Positions 12,391-23,387 of a stretch of DNA of 64,000 nt are shown one piece after another; the first letter of the stretch is position 1; every line of letters starts with the position of its first letter. This DNA is from Mobula hypostoma. Taxonomy: Eukaryota. The stretch is taken from NCBI RefSeq assembly GCF_963921235.1, contig NC_086101.1, positions 31,620,001-31,684,000 on the forward strand. The letters are read 5' to 3'. A model generated the notes under the pieces. That model saw nothing but the letters and a program-made list of their open reading frames with translations, was not told the origin of the DNA and made no database searches. The translations under genes were made by a program, and so were the position numbers.

Positions 12391-12589
12391 GGAATAATTT
12401 AGGTAATAGGGGAAAGATATAAACCAGACGAAGAGGCAACATTTTCTACAGAGGGTAGTGGGAATATGGAACCAAATGCCAGAGGAAGATGCGTACAATT
12501 ATATTTAAAAAGCACTTGCCATAGGCACATGGAGGAGAATAGTTTAGAGAATTGTGGATCATATGCAGACAAATTGAACTGGGCACATT

Positions 12590-13750
12590 ACCTCACTGAT
12601 TTCCTCACAGACAGGCCCCAGTTAGTATGGATTGGCAACAACATCTCCTCCACACTTCCGATCCGCACATTTACACCACAGGGCTGTGTGACCATAAAAG
12701 ATAGGAGCAGAATTAGGTGATTTGACCCACTGAGTCTGCTCTGCTATTCCATCATGGTTCATTGATTCACCATCCCGCCCCCTCCCCGCTCTACTCGCTT
12801 TGTAATTATGATAGTGTGGACAGCACAGCTCCAATGCCATGTTTAAGTTTGCTGATGACAGCACTGTCACTGGCTGAGTCAAAGGTGGTGGTGAATTGGC
12901 ATATAGGAGTGAGATTGAAAATCTGGCTGAGGGGTGCCACAACAACAACCCCTCATTCATCATCAGCAAAATGAAGGAGCTGATTATTGACTTTAGGAGG
13001 AGGAAGCTGGAGGTTCATGAGCCAGTCCTCTTTAGGGGATCAAAGCTGAAAAGGATTCATCGTTTGGTCGCATCTGGAATTTCCAGTTGGTGGACGATTT
13101 CCCTCCATACTCCTCAGCTCAATCCGCCAAGGCCAGATTTCACACGCTGGGACAGACAAATCCCCTACCTCACCGAGGGTCGAAGACCCGTCGGCTACCC
13201 TCACCTGGTTAGGTCCATCTGCCGAGACAGTTTACTGGGGTGTGGCCGCTGAACGTGGTACAGCTACTTGGAGCCACAGGTGAGACCTGAGTGCCCGGTG
13301 GGGACAAAAGGTGGACGAGCTGCCCTGAAAAAGGGCACAGCAGGCCCCTCCGTCGGAGATGTTACCCCTCCCTAGACACCCCACTAGCAACTTTAAATTC
13401 CTTGGTGTTAACATGTCAGAGATCCGTCTTAGGGCCAGCACATCAGTGCCATCATAAGTGCATTATGGCCTGCTGTGGAGTAGGCTACAGGAAGAGGTGG
13501 ATGCAGCCCAGTACATCACAGGCAAAGCCCTCCCACCACTGACCACATTTACATGGAGCACTGCTAAAGTAAAGTACCATCCGTCAAGGATCAAAGACCC
13601 CCACCATCCAGGCCATACCCTCTTTGCACTGCTGTTGTCAGACAGGAGATACAAGAGTCTTGGATGCAACACCACCAGGTTCAGGAACAGTTATTACCTT
13701 CCAACCAGCGTAGATAACTTCCATCGCCACTACTCTAACCTGATTCTCTG
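12590..13750 (+). mobile_element. Rex1/Babar LINE fragments interrupted by an unrelated insert (about 13050-13385, possibly RTE-derived)
   Basis: FADD-region remnant (tttaagtttgctgatgac), KMKELIIDFRR and IKDPHHPGHTLFALL...RFRNSY motifs. Confidence 0.7.
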
Positions 13751-14119
13751 ACTTACATTCACTTTCAAATAGGTTTTATAACTCGTTTTCATGTTTGTGT
13801 TATTTATTTGCACCATTTGTCTTCTTTTGCACTTTGGTTGCTTGTCAGTCTTTGTCTGTTCATGTATAGCTCTTTTCATAAGTTCTGTTGTATTTATTTT
13901 TTCGGTAAATTCCTGCAAGAAAATATATTTCAAGTTTGGATATGGTAACATATACGTCCTTTGATTTAAAAAATACTTTGAATGTTATAGGTTGTAGGTC
14001 TTGACACTAAATTTCAACATTTCAGTTAACCAGATTTCACAGTTTGTATCAGAACTCGTTAACGCTGATGTAAGGCCATGAACGTGAAACACTAACTTAG
14101 CTTTCCCTCTCGACAGATC

Positions 14120-14297
14120 AACACTCACAACACGCTGGAGGAACTCAGCAGGTCGGTCAGCATCTGTGGAAACGAACAGTCAACGCTTCGGGCCGAGAAT
14201 CTTTGTCAGGACAAAGGGACTCAGTCCGAAACGTTGACTGTTCGTTTCCACAGATGCGGCCCGACCTGCTGAGTTCCTCCAGCATATTGTGTGTGTT
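14120..14297. repeat. Palindromic (hairpin) short element built from Penelope-type terminal modules
   Basis: About 60-bp arms: gctggaggaactcagcaggtcgg...aacgaacagtcaacg and cgttgactgttcgtt...ccgacctgctgagttcctccagc. Confidence 0.8.
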
Positions 14298-14923
14298 GCT
14301 TTGACCCCAGCATCTGCAGTGTATTTTGTGTTTACCTCTCCATAGACGATGCCTGACATGCTGGGCATACTCAGAAGTGTCCACTATTATCTCAGATTTC
14401 CTGCATCTGCACTATTTTATTCTCAGCTATGGATCTCATGTTCACACAGACTCACTCGTCTCCCTCTGACAGCTCAGCCGTGACGAACAAACCTTCACTG
14501 CCCTTTCTAAACCAGAACCAACCCCACTGGTGTCATCCAGTCTTTCTTTGTCCCTGTCCGGTCACAGACACTCTCTCCCTTCTCCCCCACCCTCCACACC
14601 TTCTCCACAACATAATATTTATTCTAACTTTCCTCCTCTCTGACGTAAGGTCATTAACACTGAAATGTTGATTCTGCTGAGTGTTTCCTATTTTTATTTC
14701 CTCTCAGCACACGGAGAGTAGGGGGTGGACTGTGTGGGGAGGCTCAGTCACTGCGGGTTGAGGGGTGGCTCACAGCACTGACTGGGTTTCAGTTATTGTG
14801 TCCCTGTGGTCTGCCAGGGGGATGTAGCTGTGACTGTCCCATGACTGAAACCAAAGGTGCGGCGAGAACAATCACAGCCCAAACAATCCATGTAAATGTC
14901 ACCCAGAACCAAACTCACCCTGT

Positions 14924-14989
14924 CCAATCATAGTGCTGAGTTCTGGAGGATCACCAATCTTTGGGTAAACTTCAAACTTAAGTAAGTCT
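14924..14989 (-). promoter_or_regulatory. S-X-Y-like MHC class II promoter module (orphan or decayed)
   Basis: Minus strand: S-like AGACTTA (14983-14989), 17 nt, X1-like CCCAAAGATTGGTG (14952-14965), exactly 20 nt, Y-like ATGATTGG (14924-14931). Order and spacing fit class II S-X-Y modules; the motifs themselves are degenerate. Confidence 0.4.
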
Positions 14990-15094
14990 GCAGAAAGTGA
15001 AAATCCAAAGCAATGCACGCAAAACGCTGGAGGAACACGGCATCTACGGAAAAGAGTAAACAGTCCACGTTTCAGGCCGAGACCCTTCGTCAGG

Positions 15095-16810
15095 GTAAAC
15101 TTAACACTCTGCTCATCCCTTTCCCTGCAGGACCTGTGCCTGGGCTCTATTTATGCCTCTCAAACTCTTGTAAACCTTTATTAGATCTCGTCTCATACTC
15201 CGGTGCTCCAAAGAAAACATCCCAGGTTTATCCAGCCCGTAATGGTACTTGCCCTCTAAACCAGGCAGCATCCTGATAAACCTCTTCTGCACCCTCTCCA
15301 AAGCCTCAACATCTTTCCTATAGTGGGATAACCAGAACTCCATGCAGTACTCCAGATGTGGCCTAAACAGAGTTTTATAAAGTGCAACATAACTTTAGAA
15401 TTAAATGCCTGGACTAACAAAAACAAGTATTCCATAAACCTTCTTAACCACCCTATCGACCTGTGTAGCCACTTTCAAGGAACTTGGATCCCAAGATCTC
15501 TCAGCTCAGCAACACTGGTAAGGATCTTGCCCTTAACAGTGCACTGCCTCCTTGCATTCGTCCTACCGAGGTGCAGTACCTCACATTTATCAGGGTTAAA
15601 CTCCATCTGCCATTTCTCTGCCCATATCTACAATTGATCTATATTGCACTGTATTCTGCACTATCCGTAACGCCACCAATCTTGGAATCATCTACAAACT
15701 TACTAACCCACCCATCTACATTTTCAAGCAAGTAATTTATAAACATTACATATAGCAGAGGTCCCAGCACAGATCCCTGTAGAGCACCACAATTACAGAC
15801 ATTCAGCTCAAATAAGTCCCTTCAATCACTACCCTCTGTTTTCTATGTGCTAGCAGGTTCTGAATCCAAACAGCTAATTCACTGTAGATCCCACACATAT
15901 TAATCTTCTGGATTAGTCTCCCATGAAGGACTTTGTCAAACGCCTCACTAAAGTCAATGTGGACAACATTCACTGCCCTACCATCATCAATTACGCTTGT
16001 CACCTTGTCAAAAACTCAGTCAAGTTGGTAAGACATGTCCTGTCCCACACAAAGCCACACTGACTCTTCCTAATTAGGTCATGGGTTTCCAAATACTCAT
16101 ATATCCCGTCCCTCAGCATTTTATCCAGCAATTTCCCTACAACTGACGTGAGACTCACTTGTCTATAATTCCCAGGAATTTTCCTTGTTCCCTTCTTAAA
16201 TAAAGGTACAACTTAAGCCAGTCCTCCAGGTCCTCACCTATGCCTAGAGCAGATATGAAGATACTGATCAAGGCCCCAACAATCTTGTCTCTTGCTTTCT
16301 TCAATAACCAGGGGTAAATCCCATCAGTTCCTGGGGATGTATCTACCTTAATACTCATTAAGAGCCCAACACATCCTCCTCTTGACCTCTAAATGCCCTA
16401 ACATATTTATACACTCAGCACTGATCTCCTTGTCCTCCTTGTCATTTTCCTTGATAAATCCTGAAGTGAAGTACTCATTAAGTTCCTCACTCATATTCTC
16501 CACATCCAAGTAAATGTCCCCCCTTTATCCTTGAGTGGTCCTACACTCTCCCTATTTATCCTCTTGCTCTTGATGTATGTACAGAATGCCTTGGGATTCA
16601 CCTTAATCCAACTTCTCAAGGACTTGTCATGACCCCTCCTGTCTTTCCTAGTTCCTTTCTTGAGTTCTTTCCTGGCTTGTTTATAATCTTCATGTGCTTC
16701 GCTGGATCCCAGTTTCTGAAGCTTTACATACTTTTCCTTTTTCTTCTTGACCAAATTCATCACCTCTCTGGACATCCAAGGTTTCCTAATCTTTCCATCC
16801 TTGTCCTCCC
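15095..16810 (-). mobile_element. Decayed CR1 ORF2 fragments
   Basis: ORFs 15113-15343 (YRKDVEALERVQKRF), 15803-16003 (DFSEAFDKV), 16155-16358, 16491-16775. Confidence 0.8.
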
Positions 16811-16929
16811 TTCTAACTGTAACTGGAAGTAAATCATTGAATAATTTATATGTAAAGATAGATAATTAAAAGCGTATGTGCTTAAAGCACTAAGTTACAA
16901 TGAATTGAGACTTCGCACAGCCAATTAGA

Positions 16930-18153
16930 TCGGGGTCCCCAACCTTTTTTGAACTGCGGACCGGTTTCACATTGACAATATTCTTGCGGACCGGCCAACC
17001 GTGGGGGGTGGGGGGGGGGTTGGTAGTGGGGTTGCCAAAGGATAAGAGTAGCAGCCAAATACATTGTGTTTACCCTGAGAAGGACTACAATGACCATGAA
17101 GCCTTGCGTGGGCACCAATGCACATGCGTGTACGTACCGATTTTTTTTCTGCAAATCGTTTTTGGCGATTCTGTTCGGGGGGAGGGATTGTTAATCACGA
17201 CCGGAATATAGGTGATAAGTGGCTAATATACTCAATTTCATTTCTAAAAGGGATTATCTAACGAATTTAATATTAAACACACAGCGCATATTTTCCTCGC
17301 ATGAATATAGTGATAAGTCAATTATCGGGGAGGACAGGGGAGCTTGAAGTAAGTGTTGAATGAACTTCCAGCAGAAGTGGTAGAGGCAGGTTTGATATTA
17401 CAGCTATATGGACACGAAAGGAGTGGAGGGTTATGGGCTGAGTGCAGGTCGGTGGGACTAGGTGAGAGTAGTGTTCGGCACGAACTAGAAGGGCAGAGAT
17501 GGCCTGTTTCCATGCTGTATTTGTTTTATGCTTATATAAGTCACTTATAAGTCAATAGCATCATAACATTTTAAGTAACGTTTGGATATTAAACACACAG
17601 CGCATATTTTCCTCGTATGAACATATAAAATCATTGCAATGCACCAATATCGCTGAATCAGTGGGAGCCCTGGGTTTGTTTTCCTGCAACAAGACGGTGC
17701 CATCAAAGGGTGATGGGAGACAGCGATACTCGAATGGGTTCCTTATGTCCAATCTATTCTGCAATTTAGTTTTCGTTGCATTCATTGCAGAGATATGTTG
17801 GAAATGGAAGCAATATTTTTAGTGCTTCCATGGCTATCTCAGGATATTTAGCCTTGACTTTGATCCGGAATGCCAGCAGAGATGTTATGTCAAACATGCT
17901 TTTCAGCCCGTCGTCCTTTGCAAGCTCAAGGAGTTGATCTCCTTCGCGCGCTGACATGGATGACGCATGCGTAATGACCTTGCGTGCGTTCGAGCTCAAC
18001 AGTGGGCATGGCAGGGAATGAGGAAGAGTGCAGCTGACTCATATCACCAAATCATATCGTTTCCTCGCGGCCCGGTGGCGCATACCTTGTGGCCTGGTAG
18101 CACATGCCTTGCGGCCCGGTACCGGTCCGCGGACCAGTGGTTGGGGACCGCTG
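16930..18153 (-). mobile_element. hAT (Charlie/Buster-like) non-autonomous element, both ends present
   Basis: TIRs tcggggtccccaacc / ggttggggaccgctg; dimerization-domain remnants (YPEIAMEALKILLPFPTYLC; MNATKTKLQNRLDIRN). No clear 8-bp TSD. Confidence 0.85.
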
Positions 18154-18679
18154 AAGTATAAGGGTCCTGTTAATGAAAGGTTACACTGAGCACCTTCCAC
18201 TGGAATTAGAGGTTAAGATCAGGAGACAGACCTTATTGTTTAAGCGGGTACATAATAGATATCAGGGCTCAACGCTGAATACAACCCTTTTCAGGCAAAC
18301 AGTCTTTTCATTCTATATAAGATCTGGCCAATGGTGATGTAAGGTCAACAATGTGAAAGACTAACTCAGTTTTATCTCCCCACAGATGCTACCTGACTTG
18401 CTGGGTATACCTAGCTGCCTCTGTTTTTATCTCAGATTTCCAGCATCTGCAGTATTTTATTCTCAGCTTTGGATCTCTCTGTTCCAGCAGACTCTCTCTC
18501 TCTCTTTCCTCTATTTATCTCTTCCCTAGACAGCTCAGCTGCAATAAACCTACATTTACTGCTCTCTCTTTCTCAGCCAGATCCATCCAATTTGTGTCCC
18601 CCGGTGTTCCTCTGAGTCTGCCTGGTCCACAGACACTCCTTTCTTTTCTCCCTTTCCTTCTGCTGCTCAATTTAACAGG

Positions 18680-19360
18680 GACACACACAAAATACTGGAG
18701 GAACTCAGCAGATCAGGTAGCATCCATGGAAATGAAGAAACGGCCGACATTTCAGGCCGAGACCCTACTTCAGGGCTGGGAAGGAAGGGAAAGACACCAG
18801 AATAAAGAGGTGGGGGAAGGTACGGAGGTGGTGATAGGTGAAGCCAGGTGGATGGGAAAAGTAAAGGGCTGGAGAGGAGAGTAGACCATGGGAGAAAGGG
18901 AAAAATGAGGGGCAGCAGGGTGAGGTGATAGGCAGATGAGGAGGAGGGGTAAGAGGCCAGAATGCAGAATGGAAGAAAGAAGAGGAGGGAAAAAATTACT
19001 GGAGGTAGAAATTCATGTTCATTCCAGCAGATTGGAGGCTACCAAGACAGAATATGAGGTGTCGCTCCTCTACCCTGAGAGTGGTCCCATCGTGCCAAAA
19101 GCAGAAGACATGCACGGACATATCAGAGCGGGAATGGAGATAGGAATTAAAATGATTGGACACCAGGAAATTCTGCTTTTGGCGGATGGCGTGGTCATGC
19201 TCAGCAAAAGTGTCTCCAATTTCCTTTGGGTCTCACCAGTGTAGAGGAGGCTGCATTGGAAACGCTGGTCGCAATAGACAACCCCAACAGTTTTGCAGTT
19301 AAAGTGCTCTTCAACCAGTTGCAAAACCTCAATTACTGCAGTTTTGCACCACTGCAACCA
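18680..19360 (-). mobile_element. Penelope-like remnant
   Basis: ORF 19070-19357: FNCKTVGVVYC...CSLLYTGETQRKL (GIY-YIG) plus the terminal module ctggaggaactcagcag. Confidence 0.65.
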
Positions 19361-21770
19361 CTTTGATCACTTTGCAATAAAATGGACTTTGCTTTTTTCT
19401 CTGGTTATGTTCATTCTTTTAAACGTTGTGTACATTTTTATTTAACAAGTTTTCCTTGTGAATGCAGATTATCTGATGCAATGCGCCTGTAATGCTGCTG
19501 CTAGTAACCTTTTCATTGCATCTGTTCATACACGTATTTGTGCAGATGAAAATAAACGTGATTGTGACTTTGACCTGCAGCATTTTCTGTTGTTATTCCT
19601 GCTTCCAGCTGCCCAGCAGACTCTGACTTCAATTTTAGCCAATGAGGAGGAGATCACCTCACCTGCTGCCAAGGGGAAGGTACTCAGTGATGTTACATAG
19701 GTGTTGCTATGGTTGATTAGACCTGAGGGTAAAATTGTGTCGATCACTGAGCTGTTATCAATAAACAGCAGCCTGACATAGGTGCTGCTATTAACCAAGT
19801 GTTCTGAGGCCGAGTGGAGAGCCAGTGCTTGGGCAGGATTTCATTCTGGCCATGACCAACCTCTCAGCACTTTATCACAGCAGATGTGAGTGCATTAGTC
19901 ATTGAGCCAGCTAACCCTGCTCCTCCTGATCTAGTACGATTGTCACTCTTCTTGAAGCAGGTGGGAACCTCCAACTGCAGCAGTGAGAGACTGACAATGT
20001 CCTTCAACTCCAGTTGGTTGGTACAGGATTACAGTATCTGACCTGGTATGCGAGGTTTCACCCTCTTGAAAGTTGTTCTGATCTCAGCCTCCGAGACAAC
20101 GATCACAGGGTCACCAGATGCTGACTTATGTTCTGAAATGTTCATGGGTTCATGGAGAGTTCTAAGTTCTGGCAGCAGATGGGAAGAAGCAGTTTCTAAA
20201 ATGAAGACAGTGAGCCTTCAGATGGTGGTAATGAGAAGAGGGTATGCACTGGGTGATGAGGCTAACTCAATACGCTGCTGCCTTTTGAAGATGTCCTTAA
20301 TACTGGAGAAGGATTCCTGTGGTGAAGCCGGCTGAGTCGACAAACTCTGCAGCTTTTTCGATCCTGTTCATTGGTGTCTCCATACCTGAAGGTGATGGAA
20401 CCAGTCAGAATACTCTGCACAGTACATCTGTAGAAATTTGCTACAATCTTCAGTGACATAACAAATTTCCTCACATTCCTAATGAGGTACAGCTGCTGGC
20501 ATGCTTTCTTCGTGATTGCATTGATATATTGGGCCCAGGATCGATCCTCTAAGATGTTGACACCCGGGAACTTGAAGCTGCTCACTCTTTCCACTGCTGA
20601 CCCCTCGATGAGTACCAGTGTGTGTTCTGATTTCTCCCTCCTGAAGTCCACGATCAATTCCTTCATCTTACTGACGTTGAATGGAAGGTTGTTGTTGCAA
20701 CACCACTCACCCAGCTGATCTCCCTCACCCCTGTACGCACCCTGGTCACATCGCAGATTCTGTCAGCAACACATCATCAGTGAAGTTATAGATGGCATTT
20801 GAGCCTACTCCCTTTGTGCCATTTTCCTGCACAATCTCATACCCCCAGTTCATCTCATATCCCCAATCCAGAAATTTACTAATATCATGTTGAATGAGCT
20901 CAGTGACAGAGCCTGCATTGCCCTCTGGAAGACAGAATTCCTCAGGCACATCACACTCTGAGTGAACAACTTTCTCTTGTCTCAGTTCTGAACAGCTGAC
21001 CCCACTGTGAGATTTCTGTGATCCTGATTTCTGCTTCTAGGCTCTTCACCCTCCCTGGTCCAGATTGGTGGAATTTTGTTCCTCCCAGTAACACTTTCAC
21101 CAGGAGTCCATTGTAAATTAAGTGGTAATGGAGATCGTGGGTTACTGTTGATGGGGAGTTACTAGGGTGTTGATTCTACACATGGGCCACCAATGGGTAA
21201 ACTTCTGTCCCTGCCCCTCCACCACCCTGAGCTGCGTCCTTTTCCTGTCCAACCAGTAACTCTGGTTTCAGACAAGGGGAACAATCACTGAGCTGGAAAG
21301 TCCCCAGAAGTGAAATCAGGAACCAGGTGGTTCCAACTTCCCTGTCAGCATTCTCCAATCTCAGGCTGCATTTTCTGCGCGTCATCGGTTGCTGGGTGAA
21401 CTGTGCTGCTGGTGGTATAGTTGAGCCGCAGTGGGTGCGGGCTGACCCTTAGAGGCCGGTGGCGGAACTGCAGGCGAGCGGCGGCAGCTGTCACCGCCCC
21501 AGGCTGTGTGCAAAGGCCGGTTTCGACGAGACTCACCATTCAAAGTGCCCTCGGACTGCATTATTTGACCCACAGCGAGTTCCCAATACTCCGGTATTCA
21601 GGCTGGGAGTCCCGTCCATAACAAGTGGCAGCAGAAGCTGGTCCCCACTCGCCATGTCCGCGTCCACATCCCCATCCCCCTGGTCCTGATGTTGAAGACT
21701 CCATGCCGTGCAGCACTGTCTCTCTGAGTGACACAGTCGTAGGGATATAACCCATATCCGGAGTAAAATA

Positions 21771-23387
21771 CAGTGCCAAGAAAAAGTATTCACCTCCCCT
21801 TGGAAGTTTTCATGTTTTACTGTTTTACCACATTGAATCACTGTGGATGTAATTTGGCTTTTTTTCACTGATCGGCAGAAAAAGACTCTTTCGTGACAAA
21901 GTGAAAACAGATCTCTACAAAGTGATCTAAGTTGTTCACAAATATAAAACACAAAATTATTGACAGCATAAGTATTCACCTCCTTTAATATGCAACACCA
22001 AATCATCACCGGTGCAGCCAGTGGGTTTTAGAAGTCACATCATTAGTTAACTGGAAATCACCTGTTTGCAGTCAAGGTGTTTCAATTGATTGTAGTAAAA
22101 TACACCTGTATCTGGAAGGTTTAACTGCTGGTGAGTCAGTATCCTGGTAAAAAACTACACCATGAAGACAGAAGAACACTCCAATCAACTCTGTGAAAAA
22201 GTTATTGAAAAGCACAAGTCAGGAGATGGATACAAGAAAATTTCCAAGTTGCTGAATATCTCTTGGAGTACAGTTAAGTCAATCATCAAGAAATGGAAAG
22301 AATATGGCATAGCTGTAAATCTGCCGACAGCAGACTGTCCTCAGAAACTGAGTGTGCAAGAAGGGGACTAGTGAGGGAGGCCACAGAAAGACCAATGACA
22401 ACTCTGGAGGAATTACAAGCTTCAGTGACTGAGATGGGAGAGACTGAACATACAACAACTGTTGCCCGGGTGCTTCACCAGTTGCAACTTTATGGGAGAG
22501 TGGCAAAGAGAAAACCACTGTTGAAAAAAAGTCACATGAACTCTCTGTCAGAGTTTGCCAGAAGGCATGTGGGAAACCCTGATGTCAGCTGAAGAAGGTT
22601 CTATGGTCTAATAAAAACAAAATTGAGCTTTTTGCCATCATAGTGTTTAGTCTGTTTGGCATAAACCGAGAACTGCACATCATCAAAAACACAGCATCCC
22701 TACCGTGAAGCATGGTGGTGGCTGCATCGTGCTGTGGGAATGCTTCACTGCAGCATGCCCTGGAAGGCTTGTGAAGGTAGAGGGTAAAATGAATACAGGG
22801 AAAGTGTAGAAAAACAGGGAAATCCTGGAGGAAAACCTGATGCAGTCTGCAGGAGAACTGTGACTTTTGAGGAAAATTTGTTTTCCATCAATACAATGAC
22901 CCCAAGAACAAAGCCAAAGCCATACAGGAATGGCTTAAAAACAAAGTCAATACTTTGGAGTGGCCAAGTCAGAGTCCAGACCTCCAATCCAATTGAGAAT
23001 TTGTGGCTGGAATTCAAAAGGGCTGTTCACTCATGATCCCCACACAATCTGACAGAGCTTGAGCAGTTTTGTAGAGAACAATGGGGAAGATTGCAGTATC
23101 CAGATGTGCAAAGCTCATAGAGACCTATCCACACAGACTTAAGGCTGTAATTGCTGCCAAAGGTGCAGCTACTAAATACTCACTTGAAGGGGTTCAATTA
23201 TTATTTGGTGTTTAATAATTGTAATAAATTTAGAGCACTTTGTAGAAATTTGTTTTCACTTTGACACAAAAGTGTCCTTTGTTGATCAGTGTCAAAAACA
23301 GCCAAAATAAATCCACTGTGATTCAATGTTGCGGAACAGTAAAACATGAAAACTTCCAGGTTGGATGAATACTTTTTATAGACACTG
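21771..23387 (+). mobile_element. Tc1/mariner transposon (IR/DR type), full-length 1617 bp, defective
   Basis: TA..CAGTG....CACTG..TA, long TIRs, transposase from ATG 22162 (MKTEEHSNQLCEKVIEKHKSGDGYKKIS) broken by frameshifts; same insertion site as copy A. Confidence 0.95.

Noticed and set aside
14416-14421. AATAAA as poly(A) signal of the 14.9-kb island
   Set aside because: Falls within the SINE terminus shared with about 18455, so it is probably repeat-derived.
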